Shown: piece by piece, positions 37,360 to 48,871 of the stretch | How positions within the stretch are numbered: position 1 is the first letter of the stretch | Layout of the letters: each line of letters begins with the position of its first letter | Assembly: GCA_965261735.1 (NCBI GenBank) | Contig: OZ253470.1 | Location: 3,904,001 to 3,968,000, forward strand | DNA: 64,000 nt | Direction: 5' to 3' | From: Alphaproteobacteria bacterium | Lineage (GTDB): Bacteria; Pseudomonadota; Alphaproteobacteria; SHVV01 | Notes under the pieces: model-generated | Told to the model about the DNA's origin: nothing | The model's input: the letters and a program-made list of their open reading frames with translations, nothing else | Databases searched by the model: none | Position numbers and translations under genes: made by a program

Positions 37360-37899
37360 ATGGCGTTTGCGCGCATGCTGCGCTCGCGCGCGGCCGGCAA
37401 GGCGGCGCGGCGGCTCTACGGCGCCATCGTCGCGCGGTCGCGCCGGCCCGAGTTCTTTCTCGAGGCCGGCGTGCCCGACACCCTCGATGGGCGCTTCGAC
37501 CTGCTCGCACTGAATGCGTCCTTGGTGCTCGACCGCCTCGGCTCGGGCGCAGGCGCGGCGCCCGAATTGGCCCAGGCGCTGTTCGATGAGATGGTCGTGC
37601 AATTGGACCGCAGCGTGCGCGAGATGGGCACCGGCGACCTCGGCGTCGGGCGCCGGGTGAAGGCCATGGCGGCGGGCTATTACGGCCGCGCGAGGGCCTA
37701 TGAGGACGCTCTCGCAAAGGGCGATGAGGCGCTCGACGCCGCGCTCCGGCGCAACCTCTACGGCACGGTCGAGGCAGATGGCGAGGAGCTCGCCCTGATG
37801 GCGGGCTACGTCCGGCGCCAAGCCGCGAGCCTGCGGGCGCAGGCGAGCGAGGCCTTGCTCGCCGGCGAGGTCGACTTCGTACCGCTGCGCGAACAATAG
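37360..37899 (+). CDS. Ubiquinol-cytochrome c chaperone (Cbp3 family)
   Basis: GVPDTLDGRFD, REMG.GDLGV, YYGR, ALRRNLY. Confidence 0.9.
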   Translation: MAFARMLRSRAAGKAARRLYGAIVARSRRPEFFLEAGVPDTLDGRFDLLALNASLVLDRLGSGAGAAPELAQALFDEMVVQLDRSVREMGTGDLGVGRRVKAMAAGYYGRARAYEDALAKGDEALDAALRRNLYGTVEADGEELALMAGYVRRQAASLRAQASEALLAGEVDFVPLREQ

Positions 37900-37978
37900 G
37901 GACGTGCAGGCGGGTGCCGTCGCCTTATCAACCAGCCGTGCGCTTTATGGTTGTTGCGTTCGGCGTTATCCTCCGGGC

Positions 37979-38224
37979 ATGGCGTACGTTCGACTCATCG
38001 CTACGCTCGTCGGCGTACTCTCTATGTGTGCTGGCTTCATCTTGCCCGCCCCGGCAGCCGCCGCGGAGCGCTATCCGGTGTGGTGGACGCCGGAGATTGG
38101 GAACGAAAGCCTCAACGAGATCGATGCGCTGCTGGCTGAGCCGTTTCCACCCGAGTTCCGGCACAGGCTCTACAAGTACCGTTTGGAGACGCGAGAAAAG
38201 ACCGATCCTTGCCTATCCGGTTAA
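37979..38224 (+). pseudogene. Secreted hypothetical protein truncated by IS1595
   Basis: Signal peptide (...PAPAAA-ERYP); the last codons (PCLSG*) come from the IS terminal repeat. Confidence 0.6.
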
Positions 38225-39312
38225 CGCCCATGACCGCTACATGTAGGGTGCCGCCACTCTCCCGAGTAAAGCTCGGCATAGGTTGGAGCAGAGGTGTCGC
38301 CCGCGATGCCGAGCAATGAGCGGAAGGCGTTGAACGGGTAGAACCGCCTGTTGAAGCGGAAGGTGAACTCGTTGAGGTAGGCTTGTAGGTGCTGGTGGCT
38401 AACGCCGTGGTGGATACCGATCAGCCACGTCTTCAGGTTGGCGAAAACCAGATGGATGATCGGCAGGTATTGCTCGGCAACCTCTGGATCACCACACTCG
38501 GCAACAGCGAAGTGCTCATAGCCGCGCTTCCCGAGGCCAGCATAGCCGCTCCAATCGTCAGTAACGATCAGCGATCGCGGCGCGACGGTGCTCTCGACGA
38601 ACCCACAGAGCGACTCGGCGCTACGGTCGAGCACGACGGCGAGCCGAACGCGTCCGGCATAGCGTCCGTCTTTCCGGTTGTCGAGCTTGGTGCCCGGCTT
38701 TCGATGACGCACCTCGATGGCACAGGAGACGGGAACCTTGTGGTGAACACCACGGCCTTCCCCACGCGTTCGCCCGCCAACCCAGGTTTCGTCCACCTCA
38801 ACATGGTTCTTGGGCTGTCCACCGATCCTGTCTTGGTTGGGCCGCACCATGCCCGAGCGGAGCTTGTGGAGAATTTGAAAGGCCGTCTCGTAGCGCGAAA
38901 GACCAAGTTGCCGCTGAAACTGCACGGCGGACATGCCGGGCGTCTGACTGGCGACCAGATAAGCGGCCCAGAACCAGACGTTCAGCGGAGTGTGGCTACG
39001 CTCCATCACTGTTCCCACCGTCAGCCCGGTGTTCTGGCGGCACTTGCGGCAGCGCAGGACGCCAGGGCGGTTTTCAAAGTGGAACGGCTCTCCCGCCGTG
39101 CCGCAGTGCGGGCAGGCAAAGCCGTCTCCCCAGCGGGCTTTCTCCAGGTAGGCGGCGCAGGCCGCATCATCGGGGAAAAGTCGCTGGAACTCGGGTAGCG
39201 AATGCGGGAATGGGAGATCGGCGCGGTCGAGAACATCCATGGCGCGCTCCCCTATATCCGGGTTGCGCCCATTCTAGCCCTAGTGGGTGTGGGTGTCAAC
39301 CGGATAGGCAAG
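38208..39312 (-). mobile_element. IS1595-family element (ISSod11-like ends), complete
   Basis: Terminal inverted repeats CTTGCCTATCCGGTT(A/G)AC(G/A)CCCA at both ends; no matching target duplication. Confidence 0.92.
38221..39240 (-). CDS. IS1595 (ISXO2-like) DDE transposase
   Basis: Zn ribbon, VEVDET, VTDDW..Y, HHGVS..HLQAYLNEF.FRFNRR. Confidence 0.95.
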   Translation of the reverse strand: MDVLDRADLPFPHSLPEFQRLFPDDAACAAYLEKARWGDGFACPHCGTAGEPFHFENRPGVLRCRKCRQNTGLTVGTVMERSHTPLNVWFWAAYLVASQTPGMSAVQFQRQLGLSRYETAFQILHKLRSGMVRPNQDRIGGQPKNHVEVDETWVGGRTRGEGRGVHHKVPVSCAIEVRHRKPGTKLDNRKDGRYAGRVRLAVVLDRSAESLCGFVESTVAPRSLIVTDDWSGYAGLGKRGYEHFAVAECGDPEVAEQYLPIIHLVFANLKTWLIGIHHGVSHQHLQAYLNEFTFRFNRRFYPFNAFRSLLGIAGDTSAPTYAELYSGEWRHPTCSGHGR

Positions 39313-39339
39313 GGTCATTCATGCCCCCGTCCGGAATCA

Positions 39340-39433
39340 CCCCCTCCCCATCCCTCCCCCATCGAGGGGGAGGGGCCGTGGCGTCCGCCATCGAGGGGAG
39401 GGGCAGCGGCAGCACCCATCGAGGGGAGAGGCC
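39340..39433. repeat. REP-like palindrome with degenerate half-copies
   Basis: CCCTCCCCC-ATCGA-GGGGGAGGG hairpin (39352-39374); CATCGAGGGG recurs at 39360, 39389 and 39417. Confidence 0.7.
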
Positions 39434-39491
39434 ATGTGCGCGCCGTGCGGGAGGGGGGCGACCTGTTGGCGTCAAAAAGCATGCGCAACCC

Positions 39492-40496
39492 TCAGCGGAT
39501 GGCGCGGCCGATGGGGCCGTTGCGCAGGATGTCGTCGAGGATCGCGGCCTTGGTGCGGGCGATGATGCGATCGCCCTCGGTGCGCAGCACCGCGACCGCC
39601 GCCGGGTTCGCGCCGCGGAAGTCGAAGTTGAAGGTCTGGTGGAAGTTGACAACGGTGCGGGCGGTTGCCGCAGCGGCGCGCCCTGCGCCCGCGAGCCGGT
39701 TGTGGGGCACGATGGCGCCGGCGGCGGCGGGCACGAACAGCTCGGGCCCCGCCTCGCCCACGAGATAGGGGATGCGGGGCAGCACCGGCCCGCCGTGCTG
39801 CTTCGGTAAGAGGCTGGTGAGGCCGCCCCTGAGCAGATCCGAGAGCGGCGCGACGACGCCGACGCGCAGCATGTCGCTCGCGATGTCGTCGAGGATGCTG
39901 GAGGCGATGTCGCGCAGGCGCTTGAACTCGAACTCGTTCGTCCGCACCATGTCGCCGACCGCGCGGGCCACGCGGCCCATGCCGCGCTCCATGATGGTCG
40001 TGACGGCACCCACGGCCTCGGCAACGGGCCCCACCATCGCCGCATCGAGCTGGCCGAACGTCCCGTTGATGGCGCCGAGCATCGCGGGCATGGATTTGTC
40101 GATATCCTCTTGGAGCTTGCGAAAGCCCACGCTCGCCGCCGTGGTGTCCAGCTGCACGCCCTTCAGGGCCTCGCGCAGGGGCTCGTACACCGCCTCGGTG
40201 TCGCGCCGCAGGCCCCTCGAGGATTTGCGTAGCTTCTCGCGCGCTTCCTCTAATCCCTCGGTCGGAATCCGAGGAACGTGCGCCTCCGCCGGCGCACCAC
40301 GAGGCGCGTCCTTGCCGCCCGCCGGCTTGAGGCCGGCGAGGCCCTGGCGCAACCCCGCGAGGCTCTGGCCCAGCGGCGCCAACGTCGCCTTCATTTTCTC
40401 GACCGCCTCGGCGACCATCTTGTGCGCCTGGTCCAAGTCGGACTTGAGACGCGGCGTGTTCAACGTTATTTCAACGGTTGTTTGGTCGTTTGCCAT
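39492..40496 (-). CDS. Stand-alone short phage/GTA tail tape-measure-like protein
   Basis: Helical Ala/Leu-rich body; C-terminal GGPV...YLVGEAGPELFVP...G.IVP motif; AGGAG RBS 5 nt upstream of the ATG. Confidence 0.75.
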   Translation of the reverse strand: MANDQTTVEITLNTPRLKSDLDQAHKMVAEAVEKMKATLAPLGQSLAGLRQGLAGLKPAGGKDAPRGAPAEAHVPRIPTEGLEEAREKLRKSSRGLRRDTEAVYEPLREALKGVQLDTTAASVGFRKLQEDIDKSMPAMLGAINGTFGQLDAAMVGPVAEAVGAVTTIMERGMGRVARAVGDMVRTNEFEFKRLRDIASSILDDIASDMLRVGVVAPLSDLLRGGLTSLLPKQHGGPVLPRIPYLVGEAGPELFVPAAAGAIVPHNRLAGAGRAAAATARTVVNFHQTFNFDFRGANPAAVAVLRTEGDRIIARTKAAILDDILRNGPIGRAIR

Positions 40497-40621
40497 CGGT
40501 GCTCCTGCTCACGGCCCATCCATGGGTGCCCCGGCCAACCGGTGCCCCTCGATACCCCGATCCCCTGCGCCGGCGATCGTGGCGGGCCGAACGATGCGTT
40601 ACGTGTGTTCTAGTGCTGCAC

Positions 40622-40650
40622 ATGGTACGTTACGCATCGCTCTATGTCAA
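40622..40650 (-). promoter_or_regulatory. Sigma70-type promoter for the tape-measure-like gene
   Basis: TTGACA-N17-TACCAT on the minus strand. Confidence 0.65.
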
Positions 40651-40689
40651 TATCTTGTGCCGCACGCGGTGCCGCGGGCGCCGTCGGCG

Positions 40690-40718
40690 TTGACCGGATC
40701 GGCGCGCGGCCTTAGGTT
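40690..40718 (+). promoter_or_regulatory. Sigma70-type promoter for yceD-rpmF
   Basis: TTGACC-N17-TAGGTT. Confidence 0.5.
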
Positions 40719-40769
40719 GGCGCCGCGTTAGGCGGGCGCATCGAGTCGTGGGGCAGCGCCCGTTCCTTG

Positions 40770-41324
40770 ATGACGAGACATGAGACCATGGAACCGCCGC
40801 AGGGGTTTCATCGCGCCGTGCGCGTCGATCGCATGGGCGCGGCCGGCGCCGATCCCGAGTTACGCCGCATCACCGCGTCGGCCGCCGAGCGCCGTGCGCT
40901 GGCCGAACGCTTCGGGCTCCTTGCCCTGGATGAGCTCGCCGCCCAAGCGCGGCTGTGGCGCCAGGGCTCGCGCGTGCACCTGCGTGTCAATTTCACGGCC
41001 GCCGTGGTACAGTCCTGTGTCGTCACGCTGGAGCCGGTATCCGAGCACATTGCGCACACGTTCGAGCGCGCCTACCTTCCACCCGCAGCCTCGCCGGGGG
41101 CGAGTGCCAAGGAGGTGCGGGTCGCGATCGACGGCGACGAGGCCGAGCCCCTGGGCGGCAACGAGATCGACCTCGGCGAAGCGGTGGCCGAGGAGCTGGC
41201 GCTGGCACTCAACCCTTATCCGCGCACGCCGGGCCTCGCGTTCGCCGGATACGAGGAGGGCGAAGCGCCGCGAAAGAGCGCGTTTCGCGCGCTCGAGGGT
41301 TTGAAGGAAAGGTCGGGGCGCTAG
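40770..41324 (+). CDS. yceD: YceD/DUF177 protein
   Basis: QSCVVTLEPV, IDLGEAVAEELALALNPYPR; precedes rpmF. Confidence 0.9.
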   Translation: MTRHETMEPPQGFHRAVRVDRMGAAGADPELRRITASAAERRALAERFGLLALDELAAQARLWRQGSRVHLRVNFTAAVVQSCVVTLEPVSEHIAHTFERAYLPPAASPGASAKEVRVAIDGDEAEPLGGNEIDLGEAVAEELALALNPYPRTPGLAFAGYEEGEAPRKSAFRALEGLKERSGR

Positions 41325-41402
41325 CACATCCACGCGAGCACAGCGCCGTCGTTCATCATCAGGGTGCCGCGTGGCACCGCGGCCCAGCATCCGGAAGGCA
41401 TC

Positions 41403-41588
41403 ATGGCAGTACCGAAAAAGAAGGTCTCGAAATCGCGCCGCGACAAACGGCGCTCGCATCACGCGTTGGCGGGCGCGGGCTATGTCGAGTGTTCGAACTG
41501 CGGCGAACTCAAGCGGCCTCATCACGTGTGCGCCGCCTGTGGTCAGTATGACGGTCGCGAAACCATCGAGGCGCAAGGCGCCGCTTAG
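41403..41588 (+). CDS. rpmF: 50S ribosomal protein L32
   Basis: [27 protein letters not shown]. Confidence 0.97.
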   Translation: MAVPKKKVSKSRRDKRRSHHALAGAGYVECSNCGELKRPHHVCAACGQYDGRETIEAQGAA

Positions 41589-41621
41589 TCGCCGACCACG
41601 ATTGCCCTCGGGACGCAAGGT

Positions 41622-42674
41622 TTGACAGCTCCGCTGACCATCGCTCTCGACACCATGGGGGGTGATCGCGCTCCCGAACTGGTCATCAAGGGCATCTACA
41701 TCGCCCACCTGCGGCGACCGGACGTGCGTTTTCTCCTGGTCGGCGATCGCGCCCGCATCGAACCCATGCTCGAGCGCTATCCACGCGTTGCCGAGTGCAG
41801 CGAGGTCCGCCACACGGACGAGGTCGTCGGTGATGCCGACAAGCCCTCGCAGGCGCTGCGCCGCGGCACCCAATCGAGCATGCGGCTCGCTATCGACGCC
41901 GTTGGCGCGGGCGAGGCCGCCGGCGTGGTGTCCGCGGGCAATACCGGGGCCCTGATGGGGATGGCGCGTTTCGTGCTCAAAACGCTGCCCGGCATCGACC
42001 GTCCCGCCATCGTCGGCTTCTTCCCGACCCAGCGCGGCGAGAGCGCCATCCTCGATCTCGGCGCCAACGTCGAGTGCGACGCCGAGACGCTGGTGCAGTT
42101 CGCGGTCATGGGGGCGGCCTTCGCGCGTATCGTGCTCGGGCTCGAGAAGCCCAGCGTCGGGCTGCTCAACGTCGGCTCCGAGGAGCTCAAGGGCCACGAC
42201 GCGGTCAAGACGGCGGCGCAACTCCTGCGCGGTGCCGATTTTCCCATGGACTTCTACGGCTTCGTCGAGGGCGACGATCTCGGCACCGGAACCGTGGACG
42301 TTTTCGTGACCGATGGCTTTACCGGCAACGTCGCCCTGAAGACGGCCGAGGGGACGGCGAGGCTCTACACGAGCTTCCTCGCTGCCGCGTTCCGCCGATC
42401 GCTGTTCTCGCGCCTCGGCTACTACCTCGCCAAGCCGTCGATCGATGCGCTGCAAAAGCGCGTCGATCCGCGGGTTTACAATGGCGCCATGTTGGTCGGT
42501 CTCAACGGCATTGTCGTCAAGAGCCACGGCGGCACGGACGCGATGGGCTTTGCCAGCGCCGTCAGCGTCGCCGTCGACATGGTGCTCGGGCAGATCAGCG
42601 AGCGTATCGTCGCCGACTTCAGTCGCTACGGGGCATCGGCGGCGGCGCCCGCCGACCGGCTCGCCGCGTCCTAG
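41622..42674 (+). CDS. plsX: Phosphate acyltransferase PlsX
   Basis: IALDTMGGD, SAGNTGA, DGFTGNV.LK, KSHG. Confidence 0.96.
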   Translation: MTAPLTIALDTMGGDRAPELVIKGIYIAHLRRPDVRFLLVGDRARIEPMLERYPRVAECSEVRHTDEVVGDADKPSQALRRGTQSSMRLAIDAVGAGEAAGVVSAGNTGALMGMARFVLKTLPGIDRPAIVGFFPTQRGESAILDLGANVECDAETLVQFAVMGAAFARIVLGLEKPSVGLLNVGSEELKGHDAVKTAAQLLRGADFPMDFYGFVEGDDLGTGTVDVFVTDGFTGNVALKTAEGTARLYTSFLAAAFRRSLFSRLGYYLAKPSIDALQKRVDPRVYNGAMLVGLNGIVVKSHGGTDAMGFASAVSVAVDMVLGQISERIVADFSRYGASAAAPADRLAAS

Positions 42675-42677
42675 CCG

Positions 42678-43649
42678 ATGCTGCGCTCGCTCATTGTCGG
42701 ATGCGGTTCGTACCTCCCCGAGCGCGTCGTCACCAACGCCGAGCTCGCCCAGACCATCGATACCAGCGACGAGTGGATCGTCTCGCGCACCGGCATCCGC
42801 CAGCGTCACGTCGCGGCCGACGGTGAACTGACCTCCGACCTTGCCGCCGCCGCCGCGCGCCGCGCGCTCGCGGCGGCCGAGATCGAGTCCGCAGAGATCG
42901 ATCTTATTATCGTCGCGACGTCCACGCCCGACCAGACCTTCCCGGCCACGGCAACGGTCGTGCAGTACCAGCTCGGCGTCACCCGCGGCGCCGCGTTCGA
43001 CGTCCAGGCGGTGTGCTCGGGGTTCATCTACGGGCTCGCTGTGGCCGATAACTTCATCCGCGTCGGCCAAGCGGACACCGTGCTGTTGATCGGTGCCGAG
43101 ACGTTTTCACGCATTCTCGACTGGCAGGACCGGACGACCTGCGTGTTGTTTGGCGACGGGGCCGGTGCAGTTGTGCTGCGGGCCGGCAAGGGCGAGGGTA
43201 CGCGCGAGGATCGCGGCATCCTGAGCACGCATCTGCATGCGGATGGGCGCAAGCACGACTCGCTTTATGTCGATGGCGGCCCCTCGTCGACGCAGACCTC
43301 GGGCCACCTGCGCATGCACGGTCAGGACGTTTTCCGGCACGCGCTGTCGAACTTGTCGAGCGTGGTGGGCGAAGCGCTCGAGGCCTCGGGCTTCCGGGCC
43401 GACGAGGTCGACTGGCTGGTCCCGCACCAGGCCAACAAGCGCATTATCGAAGGTACGATGCGGCGCCTCGGCCTGGCTGAGGAACGGGTCGTGTGCACCA
43501 TCGAGCGACACGCCAATACGTCGGCCGCCTCGGTGCCGCTGGCGCTCACCGAGGCGGCCAACGATGGTCGCATTCAGCCGGGCCACATCGTGTTGATGGA
43601 AGCCATGGGCGGCGGGTTCACCTGGGGATCGTGTCTGGCGCGCTGGTGA
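42678..43649 (+). CDS. fabH: 3-oxoacyl-ACP synthase III
   Basis: AVCSGF, FGDGAGA, PHQAN, ANTSAAS. Confidence 0.96.
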   Translation: MLRSLIVGCGSYLPERVVTNAELAQTIDTSDEWIVSRTGIRQRHVAADGELTSDLAAAAARRALAAAEIESAEIDLIIVATSTPDQTFPATATVVQYQLGVTRGAAFDVQAVCSGFIYGLAVADNFIRVGQADTVLLIGAETFSRILDWQDRTTCVLFGDGAGAVVLRAGKGEGTREDRGILSTHLHADGRKHDSLYVDGGPSSTQTSGHLRMHGQDVFRHALSNLSSVVGEALEASGFRADEVDWLVPHQANKRIIEGTMRRLGLAEERVVCTIERHANTSAASVPLALTEAANDGRIQPGHIVLMEAMGGGFTWGSCLARW

Positions 43650-43707
43650 TGCGGATTCACCGTCGAAACGTCACAAAACTTAAACGTCGCGCTGCATCCC
43701 TTTGATA

Positions 43708-43736
43708 TTGACGGATTTCTATCCTCGCGCTACGGT
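43708..43736 (+). promoter_or_regulatory. Sigma70-type promoter for ihfA
   Basis: TTGACG-N17-TACGGT. Confidence 0.5.
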
Positions 43737-43764
43737 CTAGCCGAGAAGAAGGGGAGGGACTTCT

Positions 43765-44082
43765 TTGGTCGGGGACAGGACCCTAACGCGGGCCCAACTG
43801 AGCGAAGCCGTGTATCAGGAGGTTGGGCTGTCGCGCAACGAGTCGGCGGCGCTCGTCGAATCCGTGCTGAATGAGATCGCGGGCAGCCTCGCCCGAGGCG
43901 ACACGGTCAAAGTGTCCTCCTTCGGCAGCTTCTACGTCCGCGAGAAGGGGCAGCGTATCGGCCGCAATCCCAAGACCGGCGAGGAAGTGCCGATCCTGCC
44001 GCGCCGCGTGCTTGTATTCCGACCCTCGCATGTGCTCAAGGACCGCATCAACCGCTCGCTGACGGGGAAGCCGGACCTTTAA
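43765..44082 (+). CDS. ihfA: Integration host factor alpha
   Basis: [22 protein letters not shown]. Confidence 0.95.
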   Translation: MVGDRTLTRAQLSEAVYQEVGLSRNESAALVESVLNEIAGSLARGDTVKVSSFGSFYVREKGQRIGRNPKTGEEVPILPRRVLVFRPSHVLKDRINRSLTGKPDL

Positions 44083-44085
44083 GCC

Positions 44086-44502
44086 ATGGCGGAGCCGGAC
44101 CAGCAGGCTGCGGGCGGTCGAAGGCTCGCCAAGTCGCCGGGCGCGTTTCGAACCATCAGCGAGGTCGCCGGCGAGCTCGACGTGCCGCAGCACGTGCTGC
44201 GCTTCTGGGAGAGCAAGTTCAGTCAGGTAAAGCCCCTCAAGCGCGGCGGCGGCCGGCGCTACTACCGGCCCGAGGACGTCGACCTGCTGCGCCGCATCCG
44301 CTCACTGCTCTACGAGGATGGCTACACCATCAAAGGCGTGCAGAAGGTACTGCGCGACAACCACCGCAACAACGCGCGTCCGGTCAAGGAACCGGCCGCC
44401 ACGCCGCCGCCCGGCCCTCTCGCCAGCGTAGAGCGGGCGCGCATCCACGCCGCGATCAAGGAGCTGACGCACCTACGCGACCTCTTGAGCCGCAAGCGAT
44501 GA
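44086..44502 (+). CDS. MerR family regulator
   Basis: FRTISEVA...HVLRFWE...RRYYRPED; conserved position after ihfA. Confidence 0.92.
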   Translation: MAEPDQQAAGGRRLAKSPGAFRTISEVAGELDVPQHVLRFWESKFSQVKPLKRGGGRRYYRPEDVDLLRRIRSLLYEDGYTIKGVQKVLRDNHRNNARPVKEPAATPPPGPLASVERARIHAAIKELTHLRDLLSRKR

Positions 44503-44574
44503 CGTTGTCGGTCCTCGCGACACGTCCTAGTATGACGCCGGGGCGTCCGGGGCCTAGCCCGGCGTCTCCTCTTT

Positions 44575-44652
44575 CGGAGCGTGGCGCAGCCTGGTTAGCG
44601 CACCACACTGGGGGTGTGGGGGTCGGTGGTTCAAATCCACTCGCTCCGACCA
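44575..44652 (+). tRNA. tRNA-Pro(GGG)
   Basis: CGGAGCG/CGCTCCG acceptor stem, anticodon loop CTGGGGG, GGTTCAAATCC T-arm, encoded CCA. Confidence 0.96.
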
Positions 44653-44666
44653 ATTCGATCTTGGCT

Positions 44667-44700
44667 CGAGGGGGGTTGCCCGAAAACGGCGCCCCCCTCG
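44667..44700 (+). terminator. GC-rich hairpin after the tRNA
   Basis: CGAGGGGGG...CCCCCCTCG stem; weak U-tract. Confidence 0.5.
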
Positions 44701-44759
44701 GTGTTCGCGTCGGCGCGGCGCGGCGCGGCGCATCGGCAGCTATAAAGTGGGGTAGGCAG

Positions 44760-44987
44760 ATGGATAAGGTGATCGCCGTCATCGACTTGAACTCGCTCGA
44801 GGAGCTACAGGTCGGGCTCTCGGACACCCGCGGTCGAAGTCAGTGCCATGTTCGTGTTTTTGCCAAGACGGCAGGCGGGCGCGCTGAGGCGACCAAGACC
44901 GCCCTGAGCTTCAGCCCCCGCGTGCTCCCCGAGGTCGTGAGCGCGCTCCAGAAATGCGTGCGCAGCCTGAACCGTCGCTCGTCGTAA
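44760..44987 (+). CDS. Small PC4/YdbC-like ssDNA-binding protein
   Basis: NS.EEL.V.LS...G.....VRVF......TK..LS.....LPEVV.ALQK pattern. Confidence 0.6.
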   Translation: MDKVIAVIDLNSLEELQVGLSDTRGRSQCHVRVFAKTAGGRAEATKTALSFSPRVLPEVVSALQKCVRSLNRRSS

Positions 44988-45019
44988 ACGCTGCGCCGGC
45001 GCGGCGACCGAGCCGCGCG

Positions 45020-45784
45020 TCAGTCGTGAATGTAGCTGTGGGCTTCGCGGGTGCCGTGGTTCTCGTGCCAGTTCGCGGCGTCCAGCACCTGTCCGGTCTT
45101 GTCCGACTCGGCAAGCAGGTGGAGGAGCGGTGCAACGTTCAGGTCGGGCTTCCAGGCGCGCATGCCCTTGAGGATCGAGCGGTCGATGCCCTCGAAGAAA
45201 TGCGTGTCGGCGATATTGGGTCGGATCGTGTTTACGCGAACGTTGTGGGGCGCGAGGTGGACAGAGAGGCCGTACGAGAGGCCCTCGGCCGCATATTTCG
45301 TCGGCACGTAGATGAGCGCCGAGTATCGCCTGATACCGGGACGGCAGACGCCCGAAGAGATGTGAACGATGTGGCCCGAGCGGCGCTCGATCATCCCGGG
45401 GAGCACGGCGCGATTGCACAGGAAGCAGCTCCTGACATTGACCGCGAACAGATCCTCCCAGGCCTCGAGCGATATGTCGGGCAGTTGCGCGATGGGCCAC
45501 GCGTAGCCCGCATTATTGACCAGCACGTCGACCTTGCCGAAGCGCTCGATCGCCGCGTTCACCATGGCCTCGACCTCGGCCTCCACCGAGACGTCGGTGC
45601 CAAGCGCGAGCGCGTTGCCTCCGGCGGCGGAAATATCGGTGCTCACGCGTTCCGCTTCGTCCACGTCGCGGTCGGCGACGATCACGTCGGCGCCCTCGGC
45701 GGCAACCGCGAGGGCCATGTTCTCGCCGAAGCCGCGGCCACCGCCGGTCATGATGACGGTCTGCCCCGCCAGGCGCTGTGCCAT
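45020..45784 (-). CDS. Short-chain dehydrogenase/reductase
   Basis: TGGGRGFG, NNAG, YVPTK. Confidence 0.92.
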   Translation of the reverse strand: MAQRLAGQTVIMTGGGRGFGENMALAVAAEGADVIVADRDVDEAERVSTDISAAGGNALALGTDVSVEAEVEAMVNAAIERFGKVDVLVNNAGYAWPIAQLPDISLEAWEDLFAVNVRSCFLCNRAVLPGMIERRSGHIVHISSGVCRPGIRRYSALIYVPTKYAAEGLSYGLSVHLAPHNVRVNTIRPNIADTHFFEGIDRSILKGMRAWKPDLNVAPLLHLLAESDKTGQVLDAANWHENHGTREAHSYIHD

Positions 45785-45885
45785 CACTCACCCCCTGCTA
45801 CGTCGGTGCGCCAATTGCGCCTCGAGTGGCGACGCTATGCGCCCGGGCCGCGATTTTCAAGCCGGCCCCGCGAGGCGCATCCGAG

Positions 45886-48243
<2,358 letters not shown>

Positions 48244-48369
48244 CCCTGCCTCCCCGGTGCCACCCTCACGCCGACCTCGATGATAGCACAGCGTCCCCCG
48301 TTGCCCGCGCCGCCGCCCGCGTGCTAATCGGGCGTCTCACGCCACTCTACGAACCGCGAGGAGGAACCC

Positions 48370-48780
48370 ATGCGAGGCATCCGCCAGGAGATTCGCGTCC
48401 CCGGGCTCTACGAGCCCTTGAGCCACTACACCGACGCCGTGCGCTGCGGCGATTTTCTGTTCCTGTCCGGCAAGCCGCCCTTCGACGGCGAGGGCAATGT
48501 GGTCGGCGGGGACGACGTCGCCGCCCAGTGCCGCCAGGTGCTCGAGAACATGAAGAGGGTACTCGAGGCCGCCGGCATGTCCTTCGCCGACGTCGCCACG
48601 GTCACCGTCTTTCTGCTCGACGTCAATGACCGCCCCAAGATCAACCCGGTACGCCAGGAGTTCTTCGGACCGCACAAGCCCGCGAGCACACTCTTCGGGG
48701 TCAACCAGCTGGCCGTCCCGGGCATGCTGATCGAGATCCAGTCCGTGGCCTACAAGCCGGGCAGCGCCGACAACGTGTAG
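48370..48780 (+). CDS. RidA family protein
   Basis: SHYTDAVR, LFLSG, PASTL..V..L......IEI. Confidence 0.88.
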   Translation: MRGIRQEIRVPGLYEPLSHYTDAVRCGDFLFLSGKPPFDGEGNVVGGDDVAAQCRQVLENMKRVLEAAGMSFADVATVTVFLLDVNDRPKINPVRQEFFGPHKPASTLFGVNQLAVPGMLIEIQSVAYKPGSADNV

Positions 48781-48871
48781 CGGCCGGGTCGCGGTTTCCT
48801 ACCATGGCCGAATGCTGTAAGAACGGCCCCGAAACGCCCGCGCCAATGCCTGCCGAAAAAAGGGGAGAACC

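Noticed and set aside
40585-40625. LexA (GTTC-N7-GTTC) box upstream of the tape-measure-like gene
   Set aside because: Only half-sites, with wrong spacing or two mismatches.
40860-43070. Long antisense or alternate-frame ORFs (e.g. 736 aa here, 32995-34686, 33222-34931, 35482-36918)
   Set aside because: Shadow ORFs of high-GC genes with no recognisable motifs, overlapping well-supported genes.
44499-44759. N-terminal part of the 162-aa ORF 44499-44987
   Set aside because: It runs through tRNA-Pro and its hairpin; the plausible start is the ATG at 44760.
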